DNA from: Chlamydiia bacterium
Lineage (GTDB): Bacteria; Chlamydiota; Chlamydiia; Chlamydiales; Parachlamydiaceae
Reading direction: 5' to 3'
NCBI GenBank assembly: GCA_038257035.1
Contig: JBBSJT010000030.1
Coordinates: 1 to 21,054 of the forward strand
Length of the DNA: 21,054 nucleotides
How positions within the stretch are numbered: position 1 is the stretch's first letter; every line of letters begins with the position of its first letter. The notes beneath the pieces are model-generated. The model did not search any database. It saw only the letters and a list, made by a program, of their open reading frames with translations, and had not been told where the DNA came from. Positions 17,601 to 21,054 of the stretch are shown one piece after another. The position numbers and the translations under genes were made by a program.

Positions 17601-18644
17601 CTATGTAGCTTCATACTCCTGCATAATCTTATCCATAATTACTTCATAATCATGCAATTCCAGATCAATTTTGTTGAATAGAGGTTCCTTATTGAACCAA
17701 GTTGCCTGCCTTTTTGCATAGTTACGAGAGGCTTGCTTAAATTTTTGAACAAAATTGATATAATCAGCTGCAGTTTTTCCGCTATCCAAATATTCCAAGC
17801 TTTGACGATAGCCAATTGCTTGAGCAGCTGAAGAATTAGAGCGGAGCCCATCTTTTTCAAGGCGAATGACTTCCTCAAGTAAACCGCTTTCAAGCATGAT
17901 ATCGCACCGTTTTTCAATACGCTCATAAAGATGTGGTCTTGGTCTATCAAGAAACCAGCAATGGAAGTCATAATTTAAGGGCTTTTGCCTACCCTTCCAA
18001 GACAATTTACTAACGAGTTTGCCTGTTAAAGTGATAATCTCAAGCGCTCTTATTATTTTTTGCTTATCATTTTTTGTGATTGTGCTAGCATATTGCGGAT
18101 CTAATTTTAAAAGTCTGTCATAAAGGGCTTCTGCTCCAAAATTCTCCATTTCATCTTCTAAAGATTTTCGAAGCTCAGGAATGGAAGGTGGACCGCTTGG
18201 TGGTCCATACATTAAGGAATGAATATAAAAACCTGCTCCCCCTACAATGATCGGAATGTTATCTCGGGCTAGAATCAACTGACAGCAGTGGCGCGCTTCG
18301 TAATAAAAATCGACCACATTGAATGGGTCTTTAATGTTACGAATATCAATTAAATGATGGGGTATGTGTAGACGATCTTCCATGGGGGGTTTTGCTGTGC
18401 CAATGTCCATGCCTTTATACACTTGCATCGAATCTGCAGAGATAATTTCTCCGCCCATTTTTTCTGCAAGCCTCATTGCAAAATCGCTTTTACCGCACCC
18501 TGTAGGGCCGGCAAGCACAATGACCTTTTTTTTCTGTTTGGGCATGCTATTGGAAAGACGCTTATGAGCCTCTATGGCAAGACCTGAAAAAATTCTTTGA
18601 ATTTCATCTTTTTCTACTGTTAATCCAACCGGCACTTTTGACAC
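17601..18644 (-). CDS. miaA: tRNA dimethylallyltransferase
   Basis: LAGPTGCGKS, IISADSMQVYKGMDIGTAKP, PHHLID, QAIGY and RNYAKRQATWF motifs. Start codon uncertain (GTG 18644). Confidence 0.96.
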   Translation of the reverse strand: MSKVPVGLTVEKDEIQRIFSGLAIEAHKRLSNSMPKQKKKVIVLAGPTGCGKSDFAMRLAEKMGGEIISADSMQVYKGMDIGTAKPPMEDRLHIPHHLIDIRNIKDPFNVVDFYYEARHCCQLILARDNIPIIVGGAGFYIHSLMYGPPSGPPSIPELRKSLEDEMENFGAEALYDRLLKLDPQYASTITKNDKQKIIRALEIITLTGKLVSKLSWKGRQKPLNYDFHCWFLDRPRPHLYERIEKRCDIMLESGLLEEVIRLEKDGLRSNSSAAQAIGYRQSLEYLDSGKTAADYINFVQKFKQASRNYAKRQATWFNKEPLFNKIDLELHDYEVIMDKIMQEYEAT

Positions 18645-18820
18645 CCCTTTTATAAATTCTAGTCTACCATAACATCCCTTTTTTAACTAGCGTGGTTTTT
18701 ATTTCGCTAATTTTCTTAACGCTTAAGATTTTAGAGAGAAAAATTGAGTGAGTAGAAGTAAAAATTTTCAAGTTTGAATAAAAGCATGCAATTAAAATTA
18801 TATAAAGTTATAAGGATGTT

Positions 18821-19294
18821 ATGGACACAAATAAAATGTATCATAAGCTCATTGAGAGACCGGAAAAATTGGCTAAGGGTGGCCATATTACAAAAGCCTT
18901 GGTGCTTATTAAAGCAATAGCTGATGAAAGATATAAAAAAGAGGCCATTTTACATATTATAGTACTTGTACTTCTTGAAAATAAAAAATTCGATCAATCA
19001 ATTGAAATTCTAGAAAAGACTAAATCTTATTTTGCAGACAAGGATATATTGGATGAGCTGATTCAGGATGCCACTTTTTGTATTATTTTAGCATTATCAG
19101 CCAATAATCAACTTGATAGAGCACTCTTAATGGCGAATGGAATAGTGGAGATCTCTCAAAAGAATAACGCCCTTTCCCATTTAGCAATCTCTCTTTCCGA
19201 CAATGGTCAAAAAGATCAAGCCATAGCAGTTGCCGAAAAAATATCCGATCCCCTTCAAAAAACATCCACCCTTAAAACCATTCATTTCAATTAA
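18821..19294 (+). CDS. TPR-like helical repeat protein
   Basis: Repeats such as LAKGGHITKALVLIKAI..., LSANNQLDRALLMANGI... and LSDNGQKDQAIAVAEKISDP. AAGGA precedes the ATG. Confidence 0.75.
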   Translation: MDTNKMYHKLIERPEKLAKGGHITKALVLIKAIADERYKKEAILHIIVLVLLENKKFDQSIEILEKTKSYFADKDILDELIQDATFCIILALSANNQLDRALLMANGIVEISQKNNALSHLAISLSDNGQKDQAIAVAEKISDPLQKTSTLKTIHFN

Positions 19295-19424
19295 TTTTAT
19301 ATTGAATCGATTTAATTCGATTAATTAATTTACACTTGTAAATCAATATTTATTATAACATATTAAAATTAAAGGAATTAAAGATAAAAAAATATTGCAT
19401 TACCTATTTAAAAGGCGGCAAGTT

Positions 19425-20405
19425 ATGGAACCGACAAAAGATATGGATGGGGAAAACTATCACTATAATGCTCAACCTTCCAAAAAGCTTGCCAAATTAC
19501 CCTCATTGCCGGAAGAATTAGTTACTTATGTTTTTTCAAACCTAAATGACAAAGATTTCCAAGGTACACTCTTAACGAACAGAGAGTGGAATTCAATAAC
19601 AGAAGAATACGAGAAATCATCCCTTAAATTTCTTGTTCACTGGTTAATATCTCATCTTGAAATTTCTAATGTCGATCAAAATAACGCTCTGAAAAGTGCA
19701 AATCTTACAGAACAAGTCATTGAAATTTTGATAAAATTAGATGTGACTGATTTGGAAATTTTGAAAAAAATTTTTAAATCAGAAAACAAGCATCAGAGAT
19801 TTGAAAATTTTTTTGATTTGAGTTTAATTTATAAAAGAATTGACACCATTGAAAATAAATCTCAAAAAAAAACAAGAGATTTAGCTTTAAGTAAAACTGT
19901 TGGATCGCTTGTTGCACTTGGAGAACTTGAAAAAGCTCTAGAAGTTACCAGGACAATTGATTGCACCCCGTTTAGAAATAAAGCTATTTTAAATATAGTT
20001 AGGGCTTTGGGAAAATTCCATCAAAGATTGTATAAACTGAATCAATATGTTGGAGAATATCATTATAATGATGCGACTAAAATTGTGAGCCTATTAGAGA
20101 ATTATGATTATTCGGCCAATTTTGATCCGAAAAAATTTGATTCGATTGAAGAATTCAATATCACGGTTTTTGTGAACTTAAGTTTGCAGTTGTTTATGCT
20201 TAATCAACACCATAGAGTTATTGAGTTTGCAAGTAAATTTAGCGATAAAGATGTTATTTTGGAAAGTATGGCGATCGAACAAGCATTAAAGCATCCAACT
20301 TATAATCACTCACGAATGATTCAACTCGTTAACGAAATATCAGACCCTCTTAGCAAAGATCTAGCCCTTCATCATATCAAATCCGTTAGACCTTATTCAG
20401 GATAA
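19425..20405 (+). CDS. F-box protein with C-terminal TPR-like helical repeats
   Basis: LPSLPEELVTYVFSNLNDKDFQGTLLTNREWNSIT is a clear F-box pattern. Later repeats include LVALGELEKALEVTRTID and LVNEISDPLSK. Likely start ATG 19425. Confidence 0.82.
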   Translation: MEPTKDMDGENYHYNAQPSKKLAKLPSLPEELVTYVFSNLNDKDFQGTLLTNREWNSITEEYEKSSLKFLVHWLISHLEISNVDQNNALKSANLTEQVIEILIKLDVTDLEILKKIFKSENKHQRFENFFDLSLIYKRIDTIENKSQKKTRDLALSKTVGSLVALGELEKALEVTRTIDCTPFRNKAILNIVRALGKFHQRLYKLNQYVGEYHYNDATKIVSLLENYDYSANFDPKKFDSIEEFNITVFVNLSLQLFMLNQHHRVIEFASKFSDKDVILESMAIEQALKHPTYNHSRMIQLVNEISDPLSKDLALHHIKSVRPYSG

Positions 20406-20426
20406 TTAATCCTAATTACCATTTAG

Positions 20427-20498
20427 GGTCAGGTTCTCATTTTCGTCATACTCGAAAGGTCAGGTCTTCAATTTCGAGATACTTATTTGGGGACGGTT
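20427..20498. repeat. Degenerate ~31-bp tandem repeat (GGTCAGGT.../GGGACGGT)
   Basis: GGTCAGGTTCTCATTTTCGTCATACT (from 20427) and GGTCAGGTCTTCAATTTCGAGATACT (from 20458) match at 21/26 positions. A third partial unit GGGACGGTT starts at 20490. Confidence 0.6.
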
Positions 20499-20516
20499 AT
20501 ATCGCTTGTTGATTAG

Positions 20517-20744
20517 TTACAACCTAATATAGTAAATACCACATACCATCTCATCCCCCCTTTTTATAATATCCCTTATGTAGCATCTGAAGGTTTGAAA
20601 AATGCCGGACAAGAAAAGGCTTTAAAACTTGCCTCAAAAATTTCTGATCCTATTGTTCAAGCAGAAGTTGTTAATCTTCTTAATAAATATTACGATGCGG
20701 TAGATTTAATTCACATACGTGCTCATTACGGTATAATCAAATAA
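20517..20744 (+). pseudogene. 3' remnant of a helical-repeat paralogue
   Basis: Open frame without ATG reading ...GLKNAGQEKALKLASKISDPIVQAEVVNLLNKYYDAVDLIHIRAHYGIIK*, sharing the A..ISDP repeat ending of the two upstream proteins. Confidence 0.6.
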
Positions 20745-20809
20745 TAGCTGGGACTCGCTCTTTAAGATTATATCTTGCATGTCTTCTTCAGACCGATTTA
20801 TCGGGCTGA

Positions 20810-20940
20810 TTTGGAGTGCGGAGACCTGGCTCCGCTTTGTTTTCAAATCGACCAGGCGATTTGCAAGCTCAATTTAAAAACGACATTGTCGATTTAGCAG
20901 ACCGCCAGGTCGGTCTGAAAACAAAGCGGAGCCAGGGCCT
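20810..20940. repeat. REP/REPIN-like palindromic element, copy B
   Basis: Starts TTTGGAGTGCGG like copy A. Perfect 21-bp arms CCTGGCTCCGCTTTGTTTTCA (20825-20845) / TGAAAACAAAGCGGAGCCAGG (20916-20936). Inner hairpins CAAATCGACCAGGCGATTTG and CAGACCGCCAGGTCGGTCTG. Confidence 0.88.
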
Positions 20941-21031
20941 TACAGTCGGACACATCTTTTTCTTGACATTTGATTTCCCATATAACCTCTTAAGTAGTAT
21001 AAGTTTGCAATTTATCACTTAGGAGGCTATC

Positions 21032-21054
21032 ATGACATGTTCTCAGAATTTCTC
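21032..21054 (+). CDS. 5' end of a gene running out of the window
   Basis: Perfect AGGAGG at 21021-21026, then ATG at 21032 (MTCSQNF...). Confidence 0.6.

Noticed and set aside
12285..19265. Short ORFs overlapping Nudix, fabF, rsfS, HAD, the coiled-coil gene, miaA and the 18821 gene
   Set aside because: Antisense or alternative-frame shadows of real genes.
20427..20498. Possible mini-CRISPR
   Set aside because: Only two to three degenerate units at 31-bp period, leaving no room for spacers.
198..20498. A 20-kb composite transposon bounded by AACCGTCCCCA / TGGGGACGGTT
   Set aside because: The enclosed DNA is core housekeeping genes, there is no transposase, and the match is only 11 bp.
20963..21003. 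Sigma-70-type promoter from TTGACA (20963) and TATAAC/TATAAG
   Set aside because: Spacings are 12 and 29 nt rather than ~17, so a promoter cannot be placed confidently.
20816..21022. 68-aa ORF
   Set aside because: Starts inside and runs through the palindromic element; the real downstream gene begins at 21032 with AGGAGG.

Overview
AT-rich bacterial chromosomal segment that looks like an environmental Chlamydiae (Parachlamydiales-type) genome. This is inferred from the chlamydial-type gene order miaA - coiled-coil protein - rsfS - fabF - Nudix ... aas - cysS, the presence of nadD, and eukaryote-like F-box genes. A minus-strand housekeeping backbone (miaA, coiled-coil hypothetical, HAD hydrolase, nadD, rsfS, fabF, Nudix hydrolase, bioY, aas-type acyltransferase-ACP-acyl-ACP synthetase fusion, cysS, small winged-helix protein, NapF-like ferredoxin) is interrupted by a ~6 kb accessory block (large orphan, adenine deaminase, F-box protein, Inc-like membrane protein). 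It is followed by a plus-strand cluster of helical-repeat/F-box paralogues. The most unusual feature is non-coding: many intergenic gaps hold structured palindromic mini-elements. Two are copies of a REP/REPIN-like four-hairpin element (692-848, 20810-20940) whose hairpin cores differ coordinately between copies. Four are elements with arms built from short tandem units in inverted orientation (9087-9540 with 9177-9474 nested inside, 11420-11519, 14913-15073); three of these share a terminal consensus TTTYAMCRCRRAG. No transposase, rRNA, tRNA or CRISPR array was recognised. All calls come from reading the sequence by eye; no database search was run.
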